Source of the DNA: Gemmatimonadaceae bacterium | GTDB lineage: Bacteria > Gemmatimonadota > Gemmatimonadetes > Gemmatimonadales > Gemmatimonadaceae | Direction of reading: 5' to 3' | Length of the DNA: 64,000 nucleotides | Assembly: GCA_044224875.1 (NCBI GenBank) | Contig: JBGAJQ010000006.1 | Location: forward strand, 76,802 to 140,801 | Shown: one piece after another, positions 9,803 through 20,240 of the stretch | Position numbering within the stretch: the first letter of the stretch is position 1 | How the letters are laid out: each line of letters starts with the position of its first letter | The notes under the pieces: model-generated | Seen by the model: only the letters and a program-made list of their open reading frames with translations | The model's database searches: none | What the model was told of the DNA's origin: nothing | Program-made: the position numbers and the translations under genes

Positions 9803-12022
9803 ATGACGGCTGACGCTCGCCGTGTCCGTATATTCGCTTCAGTCACGCTTGCCTTGGTCGTCGCGTGTTCCGGCGGCGACACCGCCGCGCCGAATATCAT
9901 TGCAGCTACTCCCACGCGCGTTGTCGTTGCGCCGTCCTCAGCGTCCGTTGCCGTCGGCGGCACGCAGCGGCTGCTGGCGACGCTGTACGACCAGAACAAC
10001 AACGTGATGTCGGGATACTCGATGGCATGGTCCACGTCGGATCAATCCATTGCAACCGTCAGCTCCGCCGGAGTGGCCACAGGTGTTGGAGCCGGGAACG
10101 CGACCATCTCGGCGGTGGCCGGCGGTGTCACAGGCACCGCGTCCATCACCGTCACGGCTACCACCGTGACCCGCGTGCAGCTCACCCCCGCCGCCGCGAC
10201 GGTCGATGTTGGGTCCACCACGACGCTGACCGCGACCGGGTACGACGCGCAAAACGCCGTGGTCCCTGGTCGTCAGGCCGCGTTCAGCAGCTCCAACAAC
10301 TCAGCGGCCACGGTCAGCAGCGCCGGTGTTGTCACTGGCGTGGCCGCGGGATCGGCGACGATCTCGGGTACCATCGATGGCGCGACGGGGACCAGCACTA
10401 TCACTGTGCGCGCACCCGGGTCGGGCGCGGTGCAGTCGGTGACAGTAGTGCCAAGCCCCGTGAGTGTAATTCTGGGAAGCACCAGCGCGCTCACCGCCGT
10501 GGCGAAGGACGCGCAGGGAAACGTCATCACCGGCAGGGCAGTGACCTGGAGTTCGGCGACCACCTCTGTGGCGACCGTGAACGCGTCTGGAGTCGTCACC
10601 GGTGTCGCCATCGGGACTGCAGTGATCAGCGCGACGATCGACGGCGTCGTCGGCGCGTCGACGGCGACCGTGGTGACCCTGCCGACCGGCAACGCCATCA
10701 GCGTGGATCCATCGCAAACGTTCCAGACCATCAATGGGTGGGAAGGGACGGGATCGATCGGCGAGGTCGAGTGCGATCAAACCGCCTTTCAGATCTACAA
10801 GGGGCCGGTCATCGATCGTCTGGCGAACGAGCTGGGCATCAACCGCGTGCGATTGCAGGTGCGCAGCGGGTACGAGTCGCCCGTCGACTACTTCGGGCAG
10901 TATCGAAGCGGGCAAATCACCTACGCACAGTGGCAGGCCAATTGGTACACGCCGGTCAACGATAACGCCAATGCCAGTAACACCGATCCCACCAGGTTCC
11001 AATGGGGATGGCTCGACTATCAGATTGACGAAGTGGTTGTGCCGTTGATGGCCAAGTTGCAGGCCCGCGGTGAGAGGCTCTACGTGAACTTGAACTACAT
11101 CGACTTTGCGCAGGGCAAGACAAAGTCATTCATTCAGATCAAGCAGCCGCAGGAGTACGCGGAATTCATCGCTGCGGCGTTCACGCACATCAAGCAGAAG
11201 TACGGCTGGTCACCGGACGCCCTGGAGATCATCCTCGAGCCGTCGAATGCCGGGGACGTGAACACCGGCGTGTACGGGACGGACCTTGGACCGGCCGTCG
11301 TGGCAGCGGCCAGCCGCCTTTCATCGTTAGGCTTCACGCCGGACATCATTGCGCCCTCGGACGCCTCCATGAGCGGGTCGGTGACGTTTTACGACCAGAT
11401 GATCCAGACGCCAGGGGCACTCTCCTACATCAAGGAACTATCGTATCACCGCTACCAGGGGGTCTCGCTCTCGGCGTTGCAGGCCATCGCCTTCCGAGGC
11501 CAGCGCGATCATGTCCGCACGGCCATGCTTGAATGGAACCAGGGCGTGAACATCGACACCCTGATCGAGGATCTGACGGTAGGAAATGTCTCGGCGTGGC
11601 AGCAGTTCAGCATGGCGTATTGCTCGCAGTCGACGCAGGCTGGCGCCACCGGCATCTACTACCAGGTGAACCAGTCCAATCCGTCGAATCCCATCGTCAC
11701 GATGACGAACAACGCACGCGACTATCGCCAGATCTTCCTGTATGTTCGAGCGGGGGCCGTGCGAGTGGGCGCCACTTCCGGGAATCCCTCCGTGCTGACA
11801 ACCGTCGCATTTCGGAATGCCAACGGAAAGCACGTGGCGGTCGTACGCTCACAGTCGGCGGCGGCTTTTTCGGTGACGGGACTTCCCGCCGGCACCTACG
11901 GCGTCAACTTCAATTCATTCGCGCAGAATGGAGTGAACATGCCGGACGTGGTCGTGACGAGTGGCGGCGTGCTGAGCGCTGCCGCACCATCGAAGGGTGT
12001 GATGACCTTCTACCAGCGGTGA
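9803..12022 (+). CDS. Lipoprotein with three Ig-like (Big_2) repeats plus a GH30-like (clan GH-A) domain
   Basis: GGAGG RBS; lipobox LVVAC; three repeats of the W/FSS.....ATV...GVVTGV..G.ATIS type; FQTINGW, ILEP and MLEW motifs; C-terminal beta-sandwich. Confidence 0.75.
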   Translation: MTADARRVRIFASVTLALVVACSGGDTAAPNIIAATPTRVVVAPSSASVAVGGTQRLLATLYDQNNNVMSGYSMAWSTSDQSIATVSSAGVATGVGAGNATISAVAGGVTGTASITVTATTVTRVQLTPAAATVDVGSTTTLTATGYDAQNAVVPGRQAAFSSSNNSAATVSSAGVVTGVAAGSATISGTIDGATGTSTITVRAPGSGAVQSVTVVPSPVSVILGSTSALTAVAKDAQGNVITGRAVTWSSATTSVATVNASGVVTGVAIGTAVISATIDGVVGASTATVVTLPTGNAISVDPSQTFQTINGWEGTGSIGEVECDQTAFQIYKGPVIDRLANELGINRVRLQVRSGYESPVDYFGQYRSGQITYAQWQANWYTPVNDNANASNTDPTRFQWGWLDYQIDEVVVPLMAKLQARGERLYVNLNYIDFAQGKTKSFIQIKQPQEYAEFIAAAFTHIKQKYGWSPDALEIILEPSNAGDVNTGVYGTDLGPAVVAAASRLSSLGFTPDIIAPSDASMSGSVTFYDQMIQTPGALSYIKELSYHRYQGVSLSALQAIAFRGQRDHVRTAMLEWNQGVNIDTLIEDLTVGNVSAWQQFSMAYCSQSTQAGATGIYYQVNQSNPSNPIVTMTNNARDYRQIFLYVRAGAVRVGATSGNPSVLTTVAFRNANGKHVAVVRSQSAAAFSVTGLPAGTYGVNFNSFAQNGVNMPDVVVTSGGVLSAAAPSKGVMTFYQR
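9913..10680 (+). repeat. Three tandem Big_2 Ig-like repeats of about 85 aa each (boundaries approximate)
   Basis: Repeated peptides ATVSSAGVATGVGAGNATISA / ATVSSAGVVTGVAAGSATISG / ATVNASGVVTGVAIGTAVISA. Confidence 0.8.
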
Positions 12023-13737
12023 CCACGCGGTTCGTTGGAGCTTGGCGCTCGCGCACTCGGCTCGTGACCGGGTGCATGGTCGCGTTGGCAGTCGTTGGAT
12101 GCAGGTACTCCGACTCGGACATCGCGCCTGACGTGGCGGCGCACGCCGCGCGAGCGGCGGCCGCGTCCGTTGCGTTCATCGACCTGGGAACGGAGGCGCT
12201 CGTTCTTGCTCCTGGCACCGCCGCCTCGCTCAACCCCGTTGCCTACGACTCAACGGGGATGGCACTCACCAATCGCCCGATCACGTACGTCAGCCTGAAT
12301 CCCGCCGTGGCCGTGGTGGACGATCGCGGCCGAGTTGAGGGGATGACGCCGGGTCAGTCCAGTATCGTGTTGGCGGCCGGTGCAGCGCGGGATACGGTGG
12401 GCGTGGCAGTTGAGGCTGACGGCAAAGGCGCCGCGGTGGTCCATGTCTTTCCCGGGCAGGCGTTCCAGCGCATGGAGGGATGGGAGGCACATCATCAGTC
12501 CGGTGAGCTCGACTGCAATCCCGCGAACTTCGCCAGGTACCAGAACGAGCTCTTTGATCGAGCGGTCCAGGAACTGGGCATCAACCGCCTGCGGCTCGAG
12601 GTGCGAAGCGGCATGGAGGCTCCGCACCTGCGAAATCCCGGTGGAAACGAGGCGCAGTCCCGCGCCGTTTCGTTTGGCACGCCATGGTTCTCACCGGTCA
12701 ACGACAATGAGGATCCGTCCGTCGCGGACTCCTTGGGGTTCCAGTTCGACTGGTTCGACTACAACGTCACCAGTACCATCCTCCCCCTGCGTGAGCGTCT
12801 GTCGAAGAGCGGTGAACGCCTGATCTTGAACCTGACCTACGTGGACTTCTTCCGCAGCACCCCGTTCGAGCAGATGCGCGATCCGCGCGAATACGCGGAG
12901 TTGCTGGCGGTGACGTTCGATCACATGCAGAAGAAGTTCGGCTTTGTGCCGGATGCCGTGGAGACGATCCTCGAGCCGGACAACACGCCGTGGACACCAG
13001 AACAGGTTGGCGCGGCGATCGTTGCGGCTGGCGATCGTCTGGCAGCCGCCGGTTTCCGGCCACAGTTTCTGGCCCCATCCACGACGAACCTGGGTGCGGC
13101 GGTCCGGTACTACGATCGCCTGCACCGAGTGCCCCGGGTGAACGAGTACGTGCGAACGCTCGTGTATCACCGCTACTCGGGTGTCAGTCATGCCTCGTTG
13201 CATCAGTTGCGACTGCGCGCCCGTCGCGACGGGCTTGGCATGGCGATGCTGGAGCACATGGGCGGGACGGCGGAGGAGCTGCATGAGGACCTGACGGTTG
13301 GGCAGGTCGGCGCCTGGGAGCGGTTCGCGTTGGCGTACTGCAGTCAGCGAGTCAATCCGGATGCCGAGGGCGTCTACTACCAAATCGCCCTGAAACGCGG
13401 CGCCGCCCCCCAGGTCGTGTTCACGAACGAGGCGCGGTTGCTCCGGCACTACTTCCTCTACGTTCGCGAAGGCGCCCAGCGGATTGGCGCAGCCTCCACG
13501 GACCCGAACGTCGCACCAGTCGCGTTCCGCAACACGAATGGGTCCCAGGTCGTCATATTACGGTCACGTCGTGGCGGACCCTTCTCCGTGGCTGGTTTGG
13601 CGCCGGGTCGTTATGCGGTGATGTGGACGACCAGCGCCAACGGCCGCTCCGAAAGCCAGGACGTGGAAGTGGCAACAGGTGGCCGCGTGAAGGCCACCAT
13701 ACCAGACGCCGGTCTCGTCACGATCTATCCACACTGA
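12019..13737 (+). CDS. Paralogous lipoprotein with one Big_2 domain plus a GH30-like domain
   Basis: GTG overlapping the previous TGA; lipobox AVVGC; shares ELGINR.RL.VRSG.E, PVNDN, YHRY.GVS, EDLTVG and AYCSQ with the upstream gene. Confidence 0.75.
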   Translation: MTTRFVGAWRSRTRLVTGCMVALAVVGCRYSDSDIAPDVAAHAARAAAASVAFIDLGTEALVLAPGTAASLNPVAYDSTGMALTNRPITYVSLNPAVAVVDDRGRVEGMTPGQSSIVLAAGAARDTVGVAVEADGKGAAVVHVFPGQAFQRMEGWEAHHQSGELDCNPANFARYQNELFDRAVQELGINRLRLEVRSGMEAPHLRNPGGNEAQSRAVSFGTPWFSPVNDNEDPSVADSLGFQFDWFDYNVTSTILPLRERLSKSGERLILNLTYVDFFRSTPFEQMRDPREYAELLAVTFDHMQKKFGFVPDAVETILEPDNTPWTPEQVGAAIVAAGDRLAAAGFRPQFLAPSTTNLGAAVRYYDRLHRVPRVNEYVRTLVYHRYSGVSHASLHQLRLRARRDGLGMAMLEHMGGTAEELHEDLTVGQVGAWERFALAYCSQRVNPDAEGVYYQIALKRGAAPQVVFTNEARLLRHYFLYVREGAQRIGAASTDPNVAPVAFRNTNGSQVVILRSRRGGPFSVAGLAPGRYAVMWTTSANGRSESQDVEVATGGRVKATIPDAGLVTIYPH

Positions 13738-15915
13738 ATGAAAGGTTCGCTCCTCCAGACGCCGGCCGCTCGATTCATGATCGCCGCCGGCGCTCTTGTC
13801 GTGGCGGCGTTGGCGTTGGTCGCGTCGACATTCCGGGATCCGGACGGCACACTGGCCGCATCGAGCGCCTTTCCTCTCACCATCGCGATCGCGCTCCTGC
13901 TCGTAGCGATGTCGGCAGCCACGTCATGGCAGCGGGCGAGTCTTTGGGCCGCGCTTCTCGTGGTGGCGCAAGGAGCCTCCCTGCAGCTGATCGACGCACC
14001 GAACAAGGTGGTCTACCAGCACTACCGCTTTGTCACCGGCGCGGCTCCTGTATTGCCACTCATCCCCTTGCTGGTGCTCGTGCTGCAAGCCGTATGGGTG
14101 GTTCGAGAATTGCGCGGTACGATTCCACAGATCCGTTCCTGGTGGCGATCGTCCTTTTCGCCGGTGGCCCGCGCCCTGATCCTCACAGGGTTTGTGCTGA
14201 CGAGCGCGACGCTCTCTCGCGACCTCTCCCTCTATGCCGGGGAGATACTCGTCGCCGCCCTCGTGCAACTGGTGGCGGTGTTGAATGCGATCTGTATCGC
14301 ACGAGCCTTGCCGCCAGATGCCGGCCGCGCGATCGACACGCTCCTGACGTCACGTGGCACCACTGAGCACTCGTATCGCGCGGTGGACCGCTTCGCCATG
14401 GTCTTGGCGGCGTGGGTGCTGGTGGCGTCAGCGTTCCTGGCGATCGTCGTGTACGAACGACATCCGCATGTCCCGGACGAGGTCGTGTATCTGCTGCAGG
14501 CTCGCTACCTGGCCAAGGGGATGTTGTGGCTGCCTCTCCCGCCGGTGCCTGAAGCCTTCAACCTGGACCTCATGTACTCCGACGCCACGCGATGGTTCTC
14601 CCCCGTGAACCCGGGGTGGCCGTTTGTGCTGGCGGCGGGAGCGTACGTCGGTGCGCCGTGGTTGGTGAACCCAATCCTTGGAGCGGTTTGCGTCCTGTTG
14701 GCCAATGGGGTGCTCGCCGAACTGTACCCAGTGCGGACACGCCGCATGGCGGTGCTACTGCTGGCCACATCGCCATGGTTCCTGTTCATGTCGATGAACT
14801 TCATGACGCACCAGCTCGTGTTGGTAGCGGCGTTAGGCGCGGCGCTGGCGGTTGCCCGGGCGCGCCGACTGGCCAACGGACGGGCATGGCGCATGCTGGT
14901 CGGCGGCTTCTGTATCGGCGTCGTCTCGCTGGTGCGGCCGTTGGAAGGACTGGCCGTGGCGCTCCTCCTTGGCTTGTGGTCACTGCCGATCAGGGGGCGC
15001 CTCTTCCGTTTCGCGCCCTCGGCGTGGTTGGTCGTCGGGTCGGTGATGAGCGGGTTGCTGGCTCGCCCGTACAACGCGCTCATGACGGGGGATCCTTCGT
15101 ACTTCCCGATCATGGCGTATATCGACAAGTATTACGCCAAGGGCGCGAATGATCTGGGCTTCGGTCCAAACCGCGGGCTCGGGTGGTCCGGTCTCGACCC
15201 GATCCCGGGGCATGGCGTGCTAGACGTGATCGTGAATGCCGACCTGAACGTGTTCTCGATCAACACCGACTTGTTAGGCTGGGCGGTCGGATCGTTAGGT
15301 GTCGTGGTTTTCCTGCTGGCGGCACGCCGCCTGCAACGCGCCGACTGGCTCATGATGGCCGTGATCGCGATGATCGCCGGGATTCACTCGTTCTACTGGT
15401 TCAGCGGTGGGCCAGACTTTGGCGCGCGCTACTGGTACCTGGTGCTGGTCCCCTGCGTGGTGCTCGCCGCCCGCGGCATGGAAGAGGTAGCCGTGACCGC
15501 GGCACCTTATGGCCCAAACATGTTCGGGCGTGCGACCGTCGCCACACTCGGCTTGGTGATGGCCTCGCTGCTGGCCTTTGTACCGTGGCGTTCCATCGCG
15601 AAGTACCACCACTTCCGAAACATGCGCGATGACGTTCGGACGCTGGCGGCTGAACGCCACTTTGGGCGAAGCATCGTCCTCGTGCGCGGAAACCGGCATC
15701 CTGACTACGCCTCCGCCGCCATCTACAACCCGCTCGACCTGCATGCAGATGCCCCGATCTACGTCTGGGATGCATCGCCCGACGTGCGCAGGCAGGCGCT
15801 GGCCGCATATCCGGACCGCCCGGTCTGGATTCTCGACGGAACTACGGTGACGGGCGGCGCCTTCCGAGTCGCCGCCGGGCCGCTTACCAACGCGCAGGCG
15901 CTAGCGCTCCCGTGA
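13738..15915 (+). CDS. ArnT/PMT-like GT-C glycosyltransferase
   Basis: PHVPDEVVYLLQA loop, PGWP, VRP and GARYWY motifs; many TM helices. Confidence 0.75.
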   Translation: MKGSLLQTPAARFMIAAGALVVAALALVASTFRDPDGTLAASSAFPLTIAIALLLVAMSAATSWQRASLWAALLVVAQGASLQLIDAPNKVVYQHYRFVTGAAPVLPLIPLLVLVLQAVWVVRELRGTIPQIRSWWRSSFSPVARALILTGFVLTSATLSRDLSLYAGEILVAALVQLVAVLNAICIARALPPDAGRAIDTLLTSRGTTEHSYRAVDRFAMVLAAWVLVASAFLAIVVYERHPHVPDEVVYLLQARYLAKGMLWLPLPPVPEAFNLDLMYSDATRWFSPVNPGWPFVLAAGAYVGAPWLVNPILGAVCVLLANGVLAELYPVRTRRMAVLLLATSPWFLFMSMNFMTHQLVLVAALGAALAVARARRLANGRAWRMLVGGFCIGVVSLVRPLEGLAVALLLGLWSLPIRGRLFRFAPSAWLVVGSVMSGLLARPYNALMTGDPSYFPIMAYIDKYYAKGANDLGFGPNRGLGWSGLDPIPGHGVLDVIVNADLNVFSINTDLLGWAVGSLGVVVFLLAARRLQRADWLMMAVIAMIAGIHSFYWFSGGPDFGARYWYLVLVPCVVLAARGMEEVAVTAAPYGPNMFGRATVATLGLVMASLLAFVPWRSIAKYHHFRNMRDDVRTLAAERHFGRSIVLVRGNRHPDYASAAIYNPLDLHADAPIYVWDASPDVRRQALAAYPDRPVWILDGTTVTGGAFRVAAGPLTNAQALALP

Positions 15916-16895
15916 CCACGCCGGTCAACACGACCGTCCTCGCGCCGCCGCGCGCCATGGTCCTGGGTGCCAACGGCTTTCTTGGACGCTGGATGGCGCG
16001 TGTCCTCACTGCCGCGGGAAGTGAACTCGTCTGCGTTTCGCGAACCGGTACGGCGCTCGAGATGGATCGATGGGGCATCCGAGGGCGTTTCGTCGCTGCC
16101 GATTTGACCGATTTCGACGCCGTGGACGCACTGATATCACGCGAAGCACCGGATGTGTTGTTCAACCTGGCGGGATATGGGGTGGACCGAGGTGAACGGG
16201 ACCAAGCCGTCGCCGAGCGAGTCAACGCTGACTTACCTCGCATCCTGGCGGAGAGCTGTGCTCGGCTCCCGGCCTCCACATGGACTGGCGTGCGTCTGCT
16301 ACATGTGGGGTCGGCGCTCGAATACGGTGTCACCGGTGGCGTCCTGCGCGAGGATTCCGCGATGCAACCGACCACAGGTTACGGAATCACCAAACTCGCC
16401 GGCACGTTAAACGTGGCCGACGTCGCGCGCACGTCAGGACTGCGCGCGTGCACCGGTCGGCTTTTCACCGTGTTTGGCCCGGGTGAGCACGCCGGAAGGC
16501 TCTTCCCCACGCTGCTCGCGGCATCCCGGCGAGAGGACCCGATTCCGCTCTCCGTTGCCACACAAACACGCGACTTCGCCTTTGCCGGCGATGTCGTCGA
16601 GCGATTGTTGCAGCTGTGTAGCGCGCCCGTGCGCTCGGGTGAAGTGGTCAACGTGGCCTCGGGCGTCATGCACACCGTGCGCGAGTTCGTGCTGGAAGCA
16701 GCACGCGCCCTCCACATCGAGCGCTCACGACTGCGCTTCGGGGATGTGTCGGTTCGCCCCGAAGAAATGTCGCACACCGGCGTGTCGGTGGAGCGACTCA
16801 CGGCACTGACCGGTGGGGCCTTGAGTTCAAACCTGGCCCAGCTCATGTCGCGCGCGACGGCGGCGGTGCAGGCGATCGGGTGGCAACCTGCCTAG
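15912..16895 (+). CDS. NAD-dependent epimerase / NDP-4-keto-sugar reductase (extended SDR)
   Basis: GANGFLG, GSALEYG, YGITK, VFGPGE and RDF motifs. Confidence 0.85.
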   Translation: MTTPVNTTVLAPPRAMVLGANGFLGRWMARVLTAAGSELVCVSRTGTALEMDRWGIRGRFVAADLTDFDAVDALISREAPDVLFNLAGYGVDRGERDQAVAERVNADLPRILAESCARLPASTWTGVRLLHVGSALEYGVTGGVLREDSAMQPTTGYGITKLAGTLNVADVARTSGLRACTGRLFTVFGPGEHAGRLFPTLLAASRREDPIPLSVATQTRDFAFAGDVVERLLQLCSAPVRSGEVVNVASGVMHTVREFVLEAARALHIERSRLRFGDVSVRPEEMSHTGVSVERLTALTGGALSSNLAQLMSRATAAVQAIGWQPA

Positions 16896-18445
16896 GTGCT
16901 ACGCCCGCGACGCCAGCGAACCATCAGGTACCACCCGAGGGCCATGCTGTAGGCCAGCAGCGAAGGCAGGTAGAAGCGCTTCAACTCGCTGGCGTATGGC
17001 GCCACGGTCCAGGCCAGGAGGGGATACGGCATCGCCAGCGCCAACCCGGTGGCCCAACGGCCGTATGCCGACATGGGAACCAGCGCGGCCATGGCGACGA
17101 ACCACAGGACGTACCATGGCCAGGCATGCGACGCACCCACAAGCAGCATGGTCATCATCACAGCCGCACCCGCCTCACGAAGCCGAGCGAGTCCTCCATC
17201 CCTGACGTATCGATACAACTCGAGTAGGGTGATGAGCGGAAACACGCCCACGGCGACGTAGGCCAGGAAACGCAGCGGCGCGCCCGTCAGCTCAACAAGC
17301 GCGAGGATGGCGTCCGACGGAAGGTAGAAATGTCCGCCATGCACGTCGGACGTCGATGCGAAGAAATCCAGCCCACGAAAGACCGGTGCAAATGCCAGCA
17401 CCGTCAGGACCGCGGCCAACGCCGCCCGCGGCAGGTACGCGCGCACGTACCGTGCAATGTCCCGAGACTCCTCTGGCTCTCGGTACAGCGCGTCCAGGAG
17501 AAAGAGCGGGGCGCTCGCGTACTTGAACAGCACGGACGCCGTGAGCGCCGCCGTCGCCGCCATCGGTCGGCCCGACCGCCGAAGGTGCATCCAGAAGAGG
17601 GCACAACCCACCATGGCCACATCGTTGTGTCCGTCGCCAACCGTCTGTACCACGCCAATCGGCAGCCACGCGACCATGGCGATGGCGAGGACCTGCTCAA
17701 ACGGGGTTCGATCCCGAACGAGCGCGCGCACGACGCAGAGCACGCCGACCCACGCAGCCGCCAGGACCACCTTGAAGAGCAGTGCGCCCCACAGCGCGTG
17801 TCCGCCCGTGACCCACATGATCGCCGCCGACGTGTACGCCCAGAGTGGGCCATACGTCATGTGCATGATTGGCGCGTCGATCGGCAGCCAGCTCGTCGCG
17901 ATGGCGGGGACGTCGTAGTACGGATTGATACCCGCAGCGAGCGTTCGTCCCCACGCCACGGACAGCCAGAAGTCGGGGACGAGGACTGGCACGGCGGGTA
18001 CCAGCAGCACCGCGAACACAATGCCCCACCGAAGCGCGCGGTCAGCGTCCGTCGGCTCCAACGACGCCCGGTTCTTCCACGCGACCCGAAGCACGCCGAG
18101 GGTCGCGAGTGACGCGGCCATCAGTGGCGCCGCATACGCGATCAGGAACACGCGCCGGTCTTCCATCAGTCCGCGGGATCGCAACGACAGCTGCAGGCCC
18201 CAGCGCCAGGCCGGCAGCCCGTCGTAACTGCGGCCCTGCAGCCAGGGGATCGCTTCGCCGATTCGCGCAAAGAACTCGAATTGCCCATACGTGCGCGTTT
18301 CGTACGAGGCGAATGGCGCCAGAAGCCATGATAGGCAGGCGACAAGTGCGATGCACAGGGCTGCCACCACGCCAAACCAGATCAGCGCGCGCCGGAATCG
18401 CTCACGGCCTGCGCGATCTACGGCCAAATCCGCGGACTTATCCAT
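16892..18445 (-). CDS. MptA/MptB-like polyprenol-phosphate-sugar-dependent glycosyltransferase (GT-C)
   Basis: GRTLAAGINPY, TYGPLW, GHNDVAM, SVLFKY and WPWY motifs. Confidence 0.75.
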   Translation of the reverse strand: MDKSADLAVDRAGRERFRRALIWFGVVAALCIALVACLSWLLAPFASYETRTYGQFEFFARIGEAIPWLQGRSYDGLPAWRWGLQLSLRSRGLMEDRRVFLIAYAAPLMAASLATLGVLRVAWKNRASLEPTDADRALRWGIVFAVLLVPAVPVLVPDFWLSVAWGRTLAAGINPYYDVPAIATSWLPIDAPIMHMTYGPLWAYTSAAIMWVTGGHALWGALLFKVVLAAAWVGVLCVVRALVRDRTPFEQVLAIAMVAWLPIGVVQTVGDGHNDVAMVGCALFWMHLRRSGRPMAATAALTASVLFKYASAPLFLLDALYREPEESRDIARYVRAYLPRAALAAVLTVLAFAPVFRGLDFFASTSDVHGGHFYLPSDAILALVELTGAPLRFLAYVAVGVFPLITLLELYRYVRDGGLARLREAGAAVMMTMLLVGASHAWPWYVLWFVAMAALVPMSAYGRWATGLALAMPYPLLAWTVAPYASELKRFYLPSLLAYSMALGWYLMVRWRRGRST

Positions 18446-19994
18446 CGGCGATACCCTTCCTGTCCCATCCGCGCCACGTCAGCCACAACACGCCAGCCAG
18501 TACCAGGTACAGGGCCCAGATGGTCCACCACGGGAACTGCAGGCTGTAGCCGCTGGCCATCTTGTCCGCCACGATCAGGACCGGCAACGTAGGGCCCGTG
18601 TGCAGAACGAGCGTCAAGGCCGTCGGGATGTCCTCGCGCGTCATGCTCACGGCCAGGGAGACCACAAGCGAGAGCCCGATCAATCCCCAACGGGCCAGCG
18701 CTGGCATTCGGCGCAGGACCGGGACTGCTGCCAGAAACAACAACGGGACCGCTGGCACCATGTAACGCACACCAGTGTTCCACTGCAGGTTGGCAAACTG
18801 GTTTGCGCAACTGAAGAGGTACAACGCGGCGAAGCAGGCGTACGCCCATCGAAGATGGCTCTGCCTCGGCGTGTCCGCTGCCGGCCGTATCCAGGGCGTC
18901 GCCAAACCCGCCAGCAGCAACGGACAGAACGCAAAAATTCCGTAGCGCAGGTCAAACAGGTTACCCCAGATCAACTCCTGTGTCGGCAGGGTGAAACCGA
19001 ACCACCCGCGGACGCTGAATTCAGTGGGTGGCATGTACCGCTGCGCGGGGTACCATGGGCTCCCGAACGCGATCCACTGGTAGGCCAGGAGTAGGGCGAT
19101 CGGCCCGAGCGCGCCCAGGACGTACGTGACCCCAAACCGGAGTGCCCCCGTAGCCCGCCCCCACCGCCGTCCCTCGGCCAGGATCCACAGCCCAAACACC
19201 ACCAGAAATGGTACCGCACTGTAGTCGTTCACGAGGCTACTGCCGAGACACAGGCCGATCAGGAAGAGGTCGCGCGGAGCATGCCAGGCACTCGACATTG
19301 GACGTGCTGCGGCTTCGAACCCCCTCGCATCGGCAAGACCGGTGTCGCGTGTCATGATAAGCCACGAGATCAGTACCAAGTGCGCGATAATCACGTTCTG
19401 ATTCAGGAACGCTGACCGGAAGAGCATGGGCGTAGCGAAGGCGTAGACCAGCGCCCAGACGAGTGCCTCGCGCTCGCTACCCACGCGGCCCCGGAGGGTA
19501 CGCCAAACCAGGAGTGTGGCCAGCGCACCGAGCGGTGCCATCAACAGGACTTGTATGCCGATGGCTGCCAGCCCCAAGGTGACGTCCAGACCCTTCGCAC
19601 GTGCCGCGTTCATGAAGCGCGTGCGGTTCGGTCGCGGGTCGTCGTATATCGCTGGTGGTTTTGGTGCCGCGATGTCTGGCTTGATCCTGACGGCCAGCGC
19701 GATCGCCGGACGCACGAACACGTACGCCACTCCCCCAAGCATGGACGCACCGGGGTTGTTGTTGATGTACCCGCCGCGACCGGGTATCTCGAAGAGGTCA
19801 GGATGGAGCCCGAGATACTCATCGACACGGACCGAACCATGCGTACCTAACGCGATGGCCAGGTACGTCTCGCGCACCACGTTGGTCGTGGCGTGCACCG
19901 AGAAGATCAGCCATACCGTGAAGAAGAGGCGTGCCGCCGTGCCTCGCCTGGAGGAACTCACGCGCCTCTCCATGGATGCCGCGAGCGAATTCAC
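18438..19994 (-). CDS. Multi-pass membrane protein, GT-C-like
   Basis: 518 aa; YINNNPGASMLG, YAFATP, YGIFAFCP and GVRYMVP motifs; overlaps the next gene. Confidence 0.65.
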   Translation of the reverse strand: MNSLAASMERRVSSSRRGTAARLFFTVWLIFSVHATTNVVRETYLAIALGTHGSVRVDEYLGLHPDLFEIPGRGGYINNNPGASMLGGVAYVFVRPAIALAVRIKPDIAAPKPPAIYDDPRPNRTRFMNAARAKGLDVTLGLAAIGIQVLLMAPLGALATLLVWRTLRGRVGSEREALVWALVYAFATPMLFRSAFLNQNVIIAHLVLISWLIMTRDTGLADARGFEAAARPMSSAWHAPRDLFLIGLCLGSSLVNDYSAVPFLVVFGLWILAEGRRWGRATGALRFGVTYVLGALGPIALLLAYQWIAFGSPWYPAQRYMPPTEFSVRGWFGFTLPTQELIWGNLFDLRYGIFAFCPLLLAGLATPWIRPAADTPRQSHLRWAYACFAALYLFSCANQFANLQWNTGVRYMVPAVPLLFLAAVPVLRRMPALARWGLIGLSLVVSLAVSMTREDIPTALTLVLHTGPTLPVLIVADKMASGYSLQFPWWTIWALYLVLAGVLWLTWRGWDRKGIADG

Positions 19995-20240
19995 TCGCGT
20001 TGACCGGCGGTTGGGCGCACGACGGAGACCGCATTGGGCGGTGGCGCCACCGAGCGATGTGTGCTGAGCGAGTTGGGCGGAGTCATCTGGTCGTCCAAAC
20101 TACGCACGGAGGGGAGTTCAGCCCAAGGGCCACCCTCGTGTCTGGCAGTTCCCGCCGGATGGGAAGGGGAGATCTATGTCGGGGCGAAGGCTTCGCGGAT
20201 CGTCGCGGGGCGGTCATCGAGGTGCAGATCGCTGGGCGTC

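Noticed and set aside
11533..12018. N-terminal extension of the 734-aa track ORF
   Set aside because: Overlaps the upstream paralog; the lipoprotein signal begins at the coupled GTG at 12019
19995..20240. 245-nt gap inside the minus-strand cluster as an ncRNA or small gene
   Set aside because: No convincing ORF, RBS or recognisable RNA motif
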